Source: Macrostomum hystrix
Lineage: Eukaryota > Animalia > Platyhelminthes
Assembly (NCBI GenBank): GCA_950097015.1
Contig: CATNEN010000032.1
Span: forward strand, 2,232,001-2,296,000
Length of the DNA stretch: 64,000 nucleotides
Reading direction: 5' to 3'
Positions 11,210-21,047 of the stretch are shown here, piece after piece. The notes beneath the pieces were generated by a model, which did not search any database, was not told the origin of the DNA, and saw only the letters and a program-made list of their open reading frames with translations. The translations under genes were made by a program, and so were the position numbers. How positions within the stretch are numbered: position 1 is the first letter of the stretch; each line of letters starts with the position of its first letter.

Positions 11210-11511
11210 TTAATTTGTACACAAATGGACTGATGAGGCAGCGGTTGAGCAGGCACTCTTGCGATGCAGCATAGCCACGAAGCGACGAGCAGCCCTGACT
11301 GAGTCTGAATAGCTTCGGGCGCCACAAATACTCAGCTGACCTGTTGAATAGAGCAGCAGAGTCACTCTAGGATTCCGCATCCTATTGATGAGCACTCGAG
11401 GTCGGTAAATCACACGCGCCATGCTGAGAACCAGTTCCCGTAAGGAATGTGAGCGTCCCTGCCTCCTTCCAGTCGCAGATCCACCCCAACAACCAGGTTG
11501 GTCACCCTGAG
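11210..11511 (-). pseudogene. TATA-binding-protein (TBP)-fold-like single repeat, frameshifted near 11445
   Basis: LRVTNLVVGVDL (frame of ORF 11410-12072) followed by LRELVLSMARVIYRPRVLINRMRNPRVTLLLYSTGQLSICGARSYSDSVRAARRFVAML. By eye this aligns to TBP repeat 1: [10 protein letters not shown]...[50 protein letters not shown]. Confidence 0.7.
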
Positions 11512-12072
11512 GGAGTAGCTGGCGAAATCATTTTGAATGCTGCTCTTGCTTGTAGTTCTGCCACTATTGCAACTGCTGCGTTCGAAAATGCTCTTGTAAG
11601 AGTACCACGGGCACGGCTCGCTTCTTAAGTTCACGCAAAATGTAGGCTTCAACCAGGTGTAATTCTGCAACGCGTTTCTCACAGCACAGCAATAATCAGA
11701 TTTCTCGATAGGTGGTGATCCCAGATCCTCTAGATTGTACACTTGTCTGCCAAGCAGCTTAGTATGAAAGGCAGATTTCAGTTCTCCACTGGTCCATGTC
11801 GGTTCGTTAGTGATTCCTAGAATTTCGGTTGCTAACTCCATGTAAGGCCGCTTTCCATCGTTCCATTTCAGTTGATGCTGCTGCTTCTTTGTAAGTTGCT
11901 TATAATGTCTTCTCATCCCGGGTGAAACTCTCTCCCAATGATACGGGGTGGGGTACACGTGGTGAGCAATATGATAACTGCCTGCCCTGACTTCAACAAC
12001 TGCCATCTCTTTCACAATGAATTCGGTGTCTCTACTCTCAAATGGGAAGCCTTGTATGTCGATGTAGTTCAT
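11410..12072 (-). CDS. DnaQ/DEDD-like exonuclease-fold ORF of the kind associated with invertebrate Polintons; its C-terminus runs into the TBP-like segment
   Basis: N-terminal YIDIQGF...FIVKEMAVV, H-rich middle with LKWNDG, and VYNLEDLGSP...CAVRN. The family pattern was recognised from memory. Confidence 0.55.
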   Translation of the reverse strand: MNYIDIQGFPFESRDTEFIVKEMAVVEVRAGSYHIAHHVYPTPYHWERVSPGMRRHYKQLTKKQQHQLKWNDGKRPYMELATEILGITNEPTWTSGELKSAFHTKLLGRQVYNLEDLGSPPIEKSDYCCAVRNALQNYTWLKPTFCVNLRSEPCPWYSYKSIFERSSCNSGRTTSKSSIQNDFASYSLRVTNLVVGVDLRLEGGRDAHIPYGNWFSAWRV

Positions 12073-12150
12073 TCTCGAGCAGTGAGTGATTGAAATACTT
12101 ATACTGTATATGACTCATATATTTTTTCACCTATTTTAGCTTGAGCCAAG

Positions 12151-12456
12151 CTATCTTGCTCCCAAGTCCCTTGAGTGTGTGTAGCGCACTGAGGCTTTGA
12201 ATTTCTGCAACACTGACTGCCCGATCTTTTCTTCCCAGTTGCTCAGTGGAATCTCAATGTTTAGCTTCTTCTCCTCATTCTCCCCTGCTACAGTCTCATT
12301 TCCAGCCTGCTTCCGCTTGGCCAGCAATCTTTTCACTGCGTCTCGGTAAGCAGCTGTCTTTATCCGGTCAGGACAGTCTTCAGCATACAATATATTGTCG
12401 CATTTCCACTGCGCCTGTTTTATGGCTGTGTCTACTGTAGACTCATTTGGCTGCAT
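12151..12456 (-). CDS. Small Polinton-associated hypothetical protein
   Basis: Helical ORF lying between the ATPase and DnaQ-like ORFs, with the pattern IL..E..PD..K...YR..VKR. It is preceded by a short MNKFSEMVLISK segment. Confidence 0.35.
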   Translation of the reverse strand: MQPNESTVDTAIKQAQWKCDNILYAEDCPDRIKTAAYRDAVKRLLAKRKQAGNETVAGENEEKKLNIEIPLSNWEEKIGQSVLQKFKASVRYTHSRDLGAR

Positions 12457-12730
12457 ATATTCTGTACCAGCATGTCATACTCAGACTTGCTGATCAGAAC
12501 CATTTCGGAGAATTTGTTCATCCTCTTTCTTCTTCTTGACAAGCTTCAGCAATAAAGGGAGAATTTTTTTGATTTGCTTTGAGCAGATCTGAATTTTTTC
12601 TTTCGGCATGTATTTGACTTTGATTTCGATAGAACTGCCTTTTCAGTAATTCAAAAAGACAAATTGTTTTGCAATAGGTTGTAGCAGGCTTCAAGTAGAA
12701 AAGTGCGCACTTCTCTAGGTCAGTGCTTTA

Positions 12731-13860
12731 TTAGCAATCGCTCTCGATTATTTTGAACGCCATCACATTGCCTCTGCACATAAACGAGCTGCTTTCACTC
12801 AGAGACAACCCGCCACACCCGAGACCTCGACCGAATCGCTCATTCTCAGCCCTGCTAGAGTGTACTAAGAAGTTGCTGACGTAACCGGATCTAGCTTCGC
12901 AAAGACAATACAGTTTTATACCATATCGCGCTCTTTTAGATGAAATATACTGACGAAAAATGACGCGAGCCCTGTACAGTACTAGCTCTTCATCGACGCT
13001 AATTTCCTTTTCTGGCATGTAAACACTGCGGCAAATCTCAGCTACACGCGCAATAAATGGTCTTGCCTTTGCTAGTGGGTCGCTTACATCGGAGTTGTTG
13101 CAGTCATAGAATCGCAGTAGGCTACTGTTCTGTTGGTACCTGTCTCTTGTTAGGCAAGCGAGTTGTTGAAAAAAAGGTGTCGCGTAGAAATCATCCTTGC
13201 TCCAATAGCTGGCTATCTCTGGCTTTTTAACTATTCCGTTGTAAAGCGACATCGCGACATCTTTTATCTCGTCCATTGTCACGTCTTTTCAAGTAGAGAA
13301 CCCTTAAGGCAGGTTCTGCATCGACGCTTGCAGCTCATCGAAATTACTCCACGCCCGCGCATTGGTCCAATCGCAGAGTTGTTGCAGCAGACCAACGGTC
13401 AGAAATAGCTAGAAAAAACGCACCTGGATCGTCATCGGCGATCTCTGGCCTCGGCAAGTCAGGGTCCAGGCAGGGCATTCCCAAGAACTCGGGTTCTACA
13501 TATGGCCGTCGATCCTGCCCAGGTTCCCGTCAGGGTCAGTCAGGGTCCAGGCAGGGCATTCCCAAGAACTCGGGTTCTACATATGGCCGTCGATCCTGCC
13601 CAGGTTCCCGTCAGGGTCAGTCAGGGTCCAGGCAGGGCATTCCCAAGAACTCGGGTTCTACATATGGCCGTCGATCCTGCCCAGGTTCCCGTGCCGCCTT
13701 CAGCACCATTCAGAAAGCCGTCGGCAACTTCATTTGGCTGGAGATGGAGGTCCTACTCTTCTTCCCCTGCGTCCTCGTCCGCAGTTAGCCGTTCTTCCTC
13801 CTCCTCAATTTCGGAGTCGGTATCTGGATCAAAATGTACTCGTACTTAAGCCGCAGCCAT
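12731..13860 (-). mobile_element. piggyBac (PGBD-like) transposase relic, 3'-truncated with stops
   Basis: LYNGIVKKPEIASYWS, DPLAKARPF, ISVDEELVLYRAR..FRQYISSKRARYGIKLYCLCE. Acidic N-terminus from the ATG at 13860. A candidate terminus TTAA|CCCCTAC lies on the minus strand at 15442-15432. Confidence 0.9.
13458..13692. repeat. 81-bp unit, ~3 tandem copies, inside the piggyBac N-terminal coding region
   Basis: The unit gtcagggtccaggcagggcattcccaagaactc... is repeated directly. Confidence 0.95.
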
Positions 13861-14342
13861 GACGAACACACGGACTACAAAATTGTCGCTTATATCTACT
13901 TAGGTAGCCCGAAACTGTCAAACACTGTCCGACACTTGGAAATTACAGTGTTAAAAAGGTGCTGAGGATCAAATTAACTGATCTGCACTTGTTCTGGATT
14001 CGATTCAAACTTTATTTCAAAATGTCAATCGCATCGATTCATATCCACTCACCCACCCACCCATCACCCGCCCCAGTACAATCTGTTCTTTGCTTTCATG
14101 GTTATCCTTTGCTGCTATAGAACAGATAAGATAATTAGCTTGCTATCGCAGGCTACGGTGGTGTCAAAATTAAGATAGAAGTATTAGATCATGGATGTTT
14201 AATGCGCATTAAACGGTTAGAAAGTCCGAGGCTGCATTTGATAGTCACGAGGCGAGCAAAGCGAGCCGAGGACCATTAAGTGGGGCCGAGGACTTTTTAC
14301 CATAGAATGCACATTAAACTACCGTGATCTTATGTATATAAT

Positions 14343-15260
14343 TTCTCCCGTTTATTCATTTATCTGTGGCCGTCAGAACGACTGAGAACTTGTTTATCGG
14401 CCGAGGCGCAGCCGAGGCCAGAGAAACGAGTTTGAAGTCGTTCTGGCCATAGACAAATGAATAAACGGGGGAGATAGTATTTTTGCCCAACTTGGCTCGG
14501 TCTTGTGGAAAAAAAATAACTATAGCTCAACAGTCTATGGTTCTGATCGAAACGGTTCCAAATAAATCGTTTCCTCGTCCGGGACGAATAAATATTTCTT
14601 CGTCCCGGACAAATAAATGCTTCAACACTAGACCATAGACTTATTTGACCGGGACAAGTGGGGGATAAATGAAATTCGAATTGCTTATTTTTGTTTTGTT
14701 TTGCTTATTTTACTTTTGAGCCGCGCCGAATGCGGTGCAGCCATCGGGAGTGTCGGGGCAAAGCCCCCACATTGGAACCATAGACAAATTTTCCCTAAAT
14801 TTAAGACAGTATTAGCTAGACGAAATCCGAATTACTTTGTTTTGTAGCTTTCTCTTAAACCACACCGCGATGGAAGAAGAATTTGATAGCGACAATACTG
14901 TCTATTACTGACCACGGTGTCAAGTCTATCATCATTGATCGAGCAAAAATCGAAATTCAGTTTAAGTGAGTTTGTGAAACGTTTAATGCATTGCCTATTA
15001 TTGAAAGAAACTAAATATGTTTCCTATATAATCCTACCAATTGTCTATAATTTTGCTTGAAAATTGTATTTTTGTTGCTTCGTTGACGGCATATAATTCC
15101 TGTTATTTTTGTTGCAATTAAATAGACTATTTAGTTCTGTTTAGTCTATGGTTCAAACTGCTTTCATTTCGGGACCATCAAATCATTTGATGGTCTTCAT
15201 TTTGGAGCCCATCAAATGATTTGATGGCCCTGGAATTATAGCACTTTAGGCCATAGACTA
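14343..15260. repeat. Cluster of foldback cassettes bounded by inverted GTCTATGG/CCATAGAC
   Basis: Inverted arms at 14343-14476, 14532-14641 and 15142-15260, each with internal palindromes. Confidence 0.75.
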
Positions 15261-15869
15261 GGCGTTCCTGGCAAAGAATGAGCCCAATAACTGTCAATAA
15301 AATAAGCAGTCGGATTTTATATATCTATGGCATGCTCTCCAGGCCATACCGCAAGCCACAGATTCTATATTACAGGTAATATAGAATCTGTGCCGCAAGC
15401 TACGCTGGTGAATAGAATTCCGACCAGCAGTGTAGGGGTTAAAGCTTGCAGTGTATTTTGTTGATGCTAGAATCGTGAAAAGGCTTTCGTGCAATGAGTA
15501 AATAAACAGCGTTTCTTTTCATTGTATCGCTATTGGACGATCAAATCGTATGAACTGTCTGTGGCATAGAAAAGTGAGACGCTCGTAGCAGGGGGGTGTG
15601 AAGAAAACTTGAAGAAGACTTTGATGTCTATGGTAGAGTGTATTCATACCTCTTCTCATCTAGGTTCAATGCCGAATTGCAAACAAACAATGAATTGTAA
15701 CGCATAAAAACTACAAATAATGATCGTCAAATAGTGAAACAATGCAAATGCTTCCATCGCAATATAAAAATATCAGAGTGAGCATCGCATTAGTTCATGC
15801 TTTTCTTGAGACTAAATGGGGTCACTGATTGGGTAGGACCCGGGCTCGCACTCGCACCTCATCGGGAGT

Positions 15870-16452
15870 TTATGAGTGAAAATCCTGAAACAGGTCGGCT
15901 CCGCTGCCCTGTGCAGTCACATTCCTAAACACTGACAGCAGGAAGGCGGGCTTCTCTGCAAAGCACTGTCTGCCCAGCGCTGCGATCTGCAGCTGGTCTC
16001 TGAGATTCTTCATGATCACAAAGTACATCGCATTGAGAATCATCGTTCGCAACTCCTTCCCATTGAAAAACACATTTTGGGTAAGCATGACCAGAAAGCA
16101 GGGCAAGTGATGGGCAATTCCGGTGAAAATATTTTGCATCGCAGCAGAATAGGAAGTTTCTTCAATCAAGTAATCAAAAAAACCAGGTCATTGGGTCTCA
16201 GTTCAGCCTCAATGTTGCTGGGGAATCCCTGCTGCAGTGCAGGCCGAGGCTGCTGAGCTCAGAGTGCACTGTCTGTGCAATCCCATAGTACCACTGGACT
16301 CTCCCGGGTTTCACATCAAACATGACATCCCTGTGTTGAATGAGTTGCTTCACGAAGGTTGTTTTTTCAGCGTTGGTGGGCCCACAGACAATCATGCAGC
16401 TCCCCTGCCGCAGGCGAACATCATAGCTGGTTCTACTAGCACTTGTTTCCAT
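15870..16452 (-). pseudogene. Polinton packaging ATPase (FtsK/HerA-like), frameshifted
   Basis: MIVCGPTNAEKTTFVKQLI (Walker A with G>E), then IFTGIAHH...LTQNVF..GKELRTMILNAMYFVIMKNLRDQLQIAALGRQ. Confidence 0.9.
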
Positions 16453-16631
16453 ATCAATAGTTTAGGGTAATTTTTAGAGAACATAAGGGAGCGTTTTCTT
16501 TCTTAAGCTGACCTCAAACTGCTGCAGTAATCAGGTGGTTCAGGTAGCCTGTTTCTTAGCATGAAGGTGTCACAGAACCCAATCAAATGATCGCTTAAAA
16601 CAAAATCTTAAGCGATCTCCGCTTAAGCCAA

Positions 16632-16865
16632 TCAAAACAAAACCAAAAAGAGGCAGAACAAACCGCATCTTACAGAGTCGCAGCTCTGAACTCGATTTAC
16701 ATTCGCGCTTTGACGAAATGTGGAACCCAACGCATTTTTTAGTACATCATGAATTACCATTAAAGTTTTGGAGTCCCAACCGAGAGAATTAAATATCTCC
16801 ACAGAAGCTCCCTTACCAACAAAGCGAACCACCCAATGAGCAGAAGAGATGCCATGATGCAACAA
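16632..16865 (-). pseudogene. Adenain-like cysteine (maturation) protease fragment
   Basis: SAHWVVRF..EIFNSLG...NRVQSCDSVRCGLFC shows the H-D/N-Q-C arrangement of Polinton/adenoviral proteases. Confidence 0.8.
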
Positions 16866-17039
16866 AAAGAAAATATTTTTTTCGCAAACGCTTCTTTATT
16901 TCCTTTACTTAATATTACAATAAAAGTTTCATTACACAAATTCAAGGTCATAATTAAAAAATTATTCGAGGACAAAAAGCTTTGGCAAGATTAAACAGTT
17001 GGAAAGTGTTCATAGCTACGAAAAAATCTAGCAGAATCT

Positions 17040-18282
17040 CCCTATGCTTAGTGACTTCAATCAGGCAAGTCATACAGGCACATGACAATCAGAGTCACAA
17101 CCTCGTCCAGTGCCTGTCGGAACCGAATCTCGAGCCGCAGGTTGCCCTCCTTCTGTCCGTACCACAGGGCCGCTCCGTCAGGAGTGAGGTCGAATGCAAA
17201 CACTGTGTTATCGTTTGAAAAGAGCTGGTAGGGGATCCACGGGACTGAGTTGCTGGGGCTGGCAGACTAGCAGCTTTTCAGGTGCAAGTACTCTCTCACA
17301 AATGAGTTGTTTTCGGGTGTGAATGCACCGTGGCACATGCTCTCACCACCTTTCTTCAGAGCTAGCTGGCTGAGGTTGAAGTTCAGGAACTCAAATGGGC
17401 TGGAATAGTGATGCCCATTGAAGGCTCGGTGGTTCACAAAGGCCAGCATGGTGAACTTGGGGAGTTTTCCATGGTTGAATCCTTCAATGTTTTTGACTGA
17501 ATTCCCTGGGCCAGAATGAAGTTCTGCATTTCGGTTCGCTCAATCGGATAGAGTGCATTCTGGTTGATCAGTCCCTGTTCGTGGGCCAGGCTGATGTGAG
17601 ACACCACCTTGACACGGCGGAGATTCAGAATGCAATGAGAGATTTCCATGCGATAGGCCGTGTTGTTTGCAGCTGGTGTTCTGATCGCGAATGCAGCATC
17701 ACTGGGCACCAGCTTGATGTTCAGGCGCAAATTGTTGAACAGAAACAACGGATACTGGAAGATGTCGCTGACAAATGGTCCAGCATACTCCACCCAGTGG
17801 GACTGCCTGTGGCTCTCCGTGTGTGTCGCAGCAGCGGAGTCGGGCTCCAGGAATCCAGCGGGGTAGAATTTCAGCTGCTGGGCATCGGATGAGCTCATGA
17901 GATCTCTGAAGTAGGCATGACAGGGATAGAGCTGGTCTCCCCGGGCAACAACTCGCTGGTTGATGCTCATGATAACGATAAATGCGACAAAGTTTTCCGG
18001 ATGCACATCACTGTCTCTGCGCTCGGTCAGCTCTCCCTCAGCGTGTCGAACATCTTCCCTCCTCAAGCCCGCATCCAACCGGACTAGGCGGCAGCGAATG
18101 TACACGAAGGAATTCAACAGATCAGTGTACTCATCAGCTGATGGGTGGCAGTCAAATTCAATGGGTGAGCTTGCAGCAATGGAGTTCACGGGTTGAATAT
18201 CAACATAGGAGGATTTTTCTATTGCAGTCTGCAGCGTGGAGGTCTTGAACAAATCGAGCCTCGGGTTGAATCCGTAAGTCAT
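17040..18282 (-). pseudogene. Polinton major capsid protein (double jelly-roll), frameshifted
   Basis: LDLFKTSTLQTAIEKSSYVDIQPVNS...PIEFDC...YTDLLNSFVYIRCR; AFVNHRAFNGHHYSSPFEF; C-terminal GNLRLEIRFRQAL (~17090-17150). Confidence 0.88.
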
Positions 18283-19267
18283 CCGTTTGCGTTCTCACAA
18301 TCTGGAGATGCATCCTGTAACTCGTGATCGATCCATGTCGCTTTGTTCAATAACTCCTTCCAGAGACGGGGCGACAGTTGCTACAGAACCGTCTCCATGA
18401 AGTCATTTGTGCAATGCACAGGCAGCCGCTTCAGCCAGATAATAACCCGCTTGACTTGCACGAACTTCCATGCCGATCGAGTGCGGAGTGAACTAGTTGA
18501 TGCTTCAGTGCTTCAGCTTTTCAGTTTGAAGCCTGGGATGCCTGGCTTTTCTTCACCGTCAGCAGAGAAGAAATGTCGTATCGCGAGGAATCGGTGGCCC
18601 TCATAATCCTGCACCGGCATCTTGTAGACATCGCAGAGATCAAAAACTTATATTTGTATCGCTGTTCAATTGTCTACTTTTAGCGCATGCAGCAGTTACT
18701 TATGAGACGGCAACAGAAATTTGATCCTCTTATATACCCCCGGAGTGGGGTGGGTGATATTGAAAAACATTTGCGGACTCTTAACAAATTCAACCTTCAT
18801 TACCACGTGGTTTTTCTATTTACACATATGGAAGAATTTTTAAATACTCGTACAAAGGTTTTCTTAAAGGTTGTTACAATCTAGGTTAGTGTTTCGAAAG
18901 TAAAGGACACAGTCCGAACTCTCACCTTGTTTAAGCACAGATATTTGGAACGGCTCGCACTAAGTAAATGTTTATTGAGCAGGCGTATAAATACTGTATA
19001 GAGAGGGGGAACGGGGGCAATGGCTAACACTGGGGGGGAGAGAAACGGCGCCACAGCCAGCGCCCTCCCCTGCGACTCACTTGCGTGAGTGCAAGGCTGG
19101 GCCAAACAGAGGACAAGCTGGACTTGGACCAATCAGAGCACGCGAGGGGGGCAGGCCCGCCCAGCCACTTGAGCTAGTATGCCACAAGTGTCAGGCAGCC
19201 CCACCCCGCACTCCAACAGCCCAGCGAGCACGCAACAAACACAACAGGAGACACCATCGTTGCGGTA

Positions 19268-20535
19268 GTGACGCCAGACGGCCTGTCCGACCTGTTCAGC
19301 ACGACCACGGGAGTGCTGCAGGGGGACACGCTGGCGCCTTTTCTATTCGTACTGGTGATGGACTGGGTGCTCCGGACCGGCCTGCCATCTGCGGACGACG
19401 GCTTTCTGCTGTGTCGGCGCACGAGCCGGCGGCACCCCGAGAAGAGGCTCTGCGCTCTCGGCTACGCAGATGACATCGCGCTGCTGTCTTCGACGTTCGA
19501 AGGCGCCCAATGGCTGCTTGATGGCCTGACAAAGGCGACGGTAGGAGTTGGTCTCGACGTGAACGCGCAGAAGACCGAGGTGCTGACGGTGCCGCACAAT
19601 ATGCCAGCCGAGATTCTGCTCCTGGCCACGGGACCCCGCTACCGAGGTGCTGCGAGTTCGTTTATCTCGGAAGACTCGTGCCGGACGTGAGCGATGATTT
19701 GGCGAGACGGCGCGGTAAGGCCTGGGCTGCCTTTAGATCAGTGCAGAAGATGCTGCTTTCGGGCGCGCTGACGGACAGCGCCAGGTCGCAGCTCTTCCAG
19801 GCGGTCGTTGAGACCATGCTGCTTTACAATGAGGAGACCTGGACTCTGACGAAAGCGCTCGAGGGGCAGTTCAACGCGACACATGCGGCCCTGCTTCGCG
19901 CTGCGTTTGGTGTCCGCCGCTGCCCAGTCAGCGAGACGAACGACTCCCTATACAAGCGAGGCGACTGTGAGAGATACTATTGAGACTACTGACAACAGTA
20001 GAAAAGCAAAGACTTGGCTGCAAAACTCTCACATAACACTAAAAAAAGTATCGCCATAAAAATGGCTAGCTTAAAAGAGACTTCTGTGCACACTAAGAGT
20101 GGTGGGAGAGGACGGCGTGTGGCTATGGCTGACTGACGAAGGCAAACAAGCCAGAAACCGGTCTCGGTCTGCCAGCGCGAGGTTCGTTCCCCACATTTAG
20201 TGTGTTACAGCGACTGACGCAGCCTTCCAACCTGCTGAGACAGCGGCGCCTGCGGCTGGCTGGGCACGGGATCAGGGCTGAAGCCTACTGACCTGAGCTG
20301 CTGCAGGATGTCCTTCTGTGGACTCCGCAGGGACCATGCAGGCACGGACAGGGACGATCGGCCCGGGACGAACTGCTTTTCTCCGACGCGCGCGCCCCGA
20401 GCCAGGCTGACGGAGTGAAGCAGGTCCGTGAACTAGCCCTAAAGCGCGCATTTTAATGTTACTTTTTTTCGGCCGTTGTGGTTTATTATTTTTACTATTA
20501 GTATTTTTATTATTATTATTATTATTGTTATTATT
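19268..20535 (+). mobile_element. 5'-truncated RTE-clade non-LTR retrotransposon
   Basis: TGVLQGDTLAPFLF and YADDIALL RT motifs, frameshifts, C-terminal LRQRRLRLAGH, and an (ATT)n-type tail at ~20484-20535. Confidence 0.88.
19966..20209. mobile_element. Solo LTR (244 bp) inserted into the RTE element
   Basis: TGTGAGA...TGTTACA termini with a 5-bp TSD GCGAC (19961-19965, 20210-20214). Removing it rejoins the RTE coding sequence. Confidence 0.85.
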
Positions 20536-20583
20536 GTTCTCCTCATTATTAGCCCAGGTTGAAGAATTATGGCGAAAGAGAAA

Positions 20584-20838
20584 GTTGGCGCCCACTGGTC
20601 CAGGTTGAAGGGAGTTGGCGCCCCCTGGTCCAGGTTGAAGGGAGTTGGCGCCCCCTGGTCCAGGTTGAAGGGAGTTGGCGCCCCCTGGTCCAGGTTGAAG
20701 CGAGTTGGCGCCCCCTGGTCCAGGTTGAAGGGAGTTGGCGCCCCCTGGTCCAGGTTGAAGGGAGTTGGCGCCCCCTGGTCCAGGTTGAAGCGAGTTGGCG
20801 CCCCCTGGTCCAGGTTGAAGCGAGTTGGCGCCCCCTGG
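20584..20838. repeat. 30-bp minisatellite (gttggcgccccctggtccaggttgaaggga), ~8.5 copies
   Basis: Direct tandem units with no spacers. Confidence 0.97.
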
Positions 20839-21047
20839 TTGAAGAAAGCTTTTATTTGCTGCATTTTTTTATCTACAATTATTGGGTGCAAAAGCTTTTC
20901 GACCCGCTGAAATACAGTTAAAATCAGTTAAAAAGAATCTCACCAATTTAGCGTAAGAAGGAGAAGGGAGTGCCCTATTTCACATTTTAGACTTTTAAGA
21001 TGAGGCTGCGAATAAAAGTACGCTTCTTTGCGCCTAGAAGTTTAAAC

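Larger units (their letters stand above)
4690..18650. mobile_element. Decayed Polinton/Maverick (adintovirus-like) endogenous element with nested insertions; boundaries approximate
   Basis: Co-located relics of pPolB (+ strand) and, on the minus strand, MCP, adenain-like protease, packaging ATPase and small conserved ORFs. No TIRs or integrase were recognised. Confidence 0.85.

Noticed and set aside
20584-20838. CRISPR-like array (also considered for 42966-43470 and 13458-13692)
   Set aside because: The units are contiguous with no unique spacers, there are no cas genes, and the context is eukaryotic.
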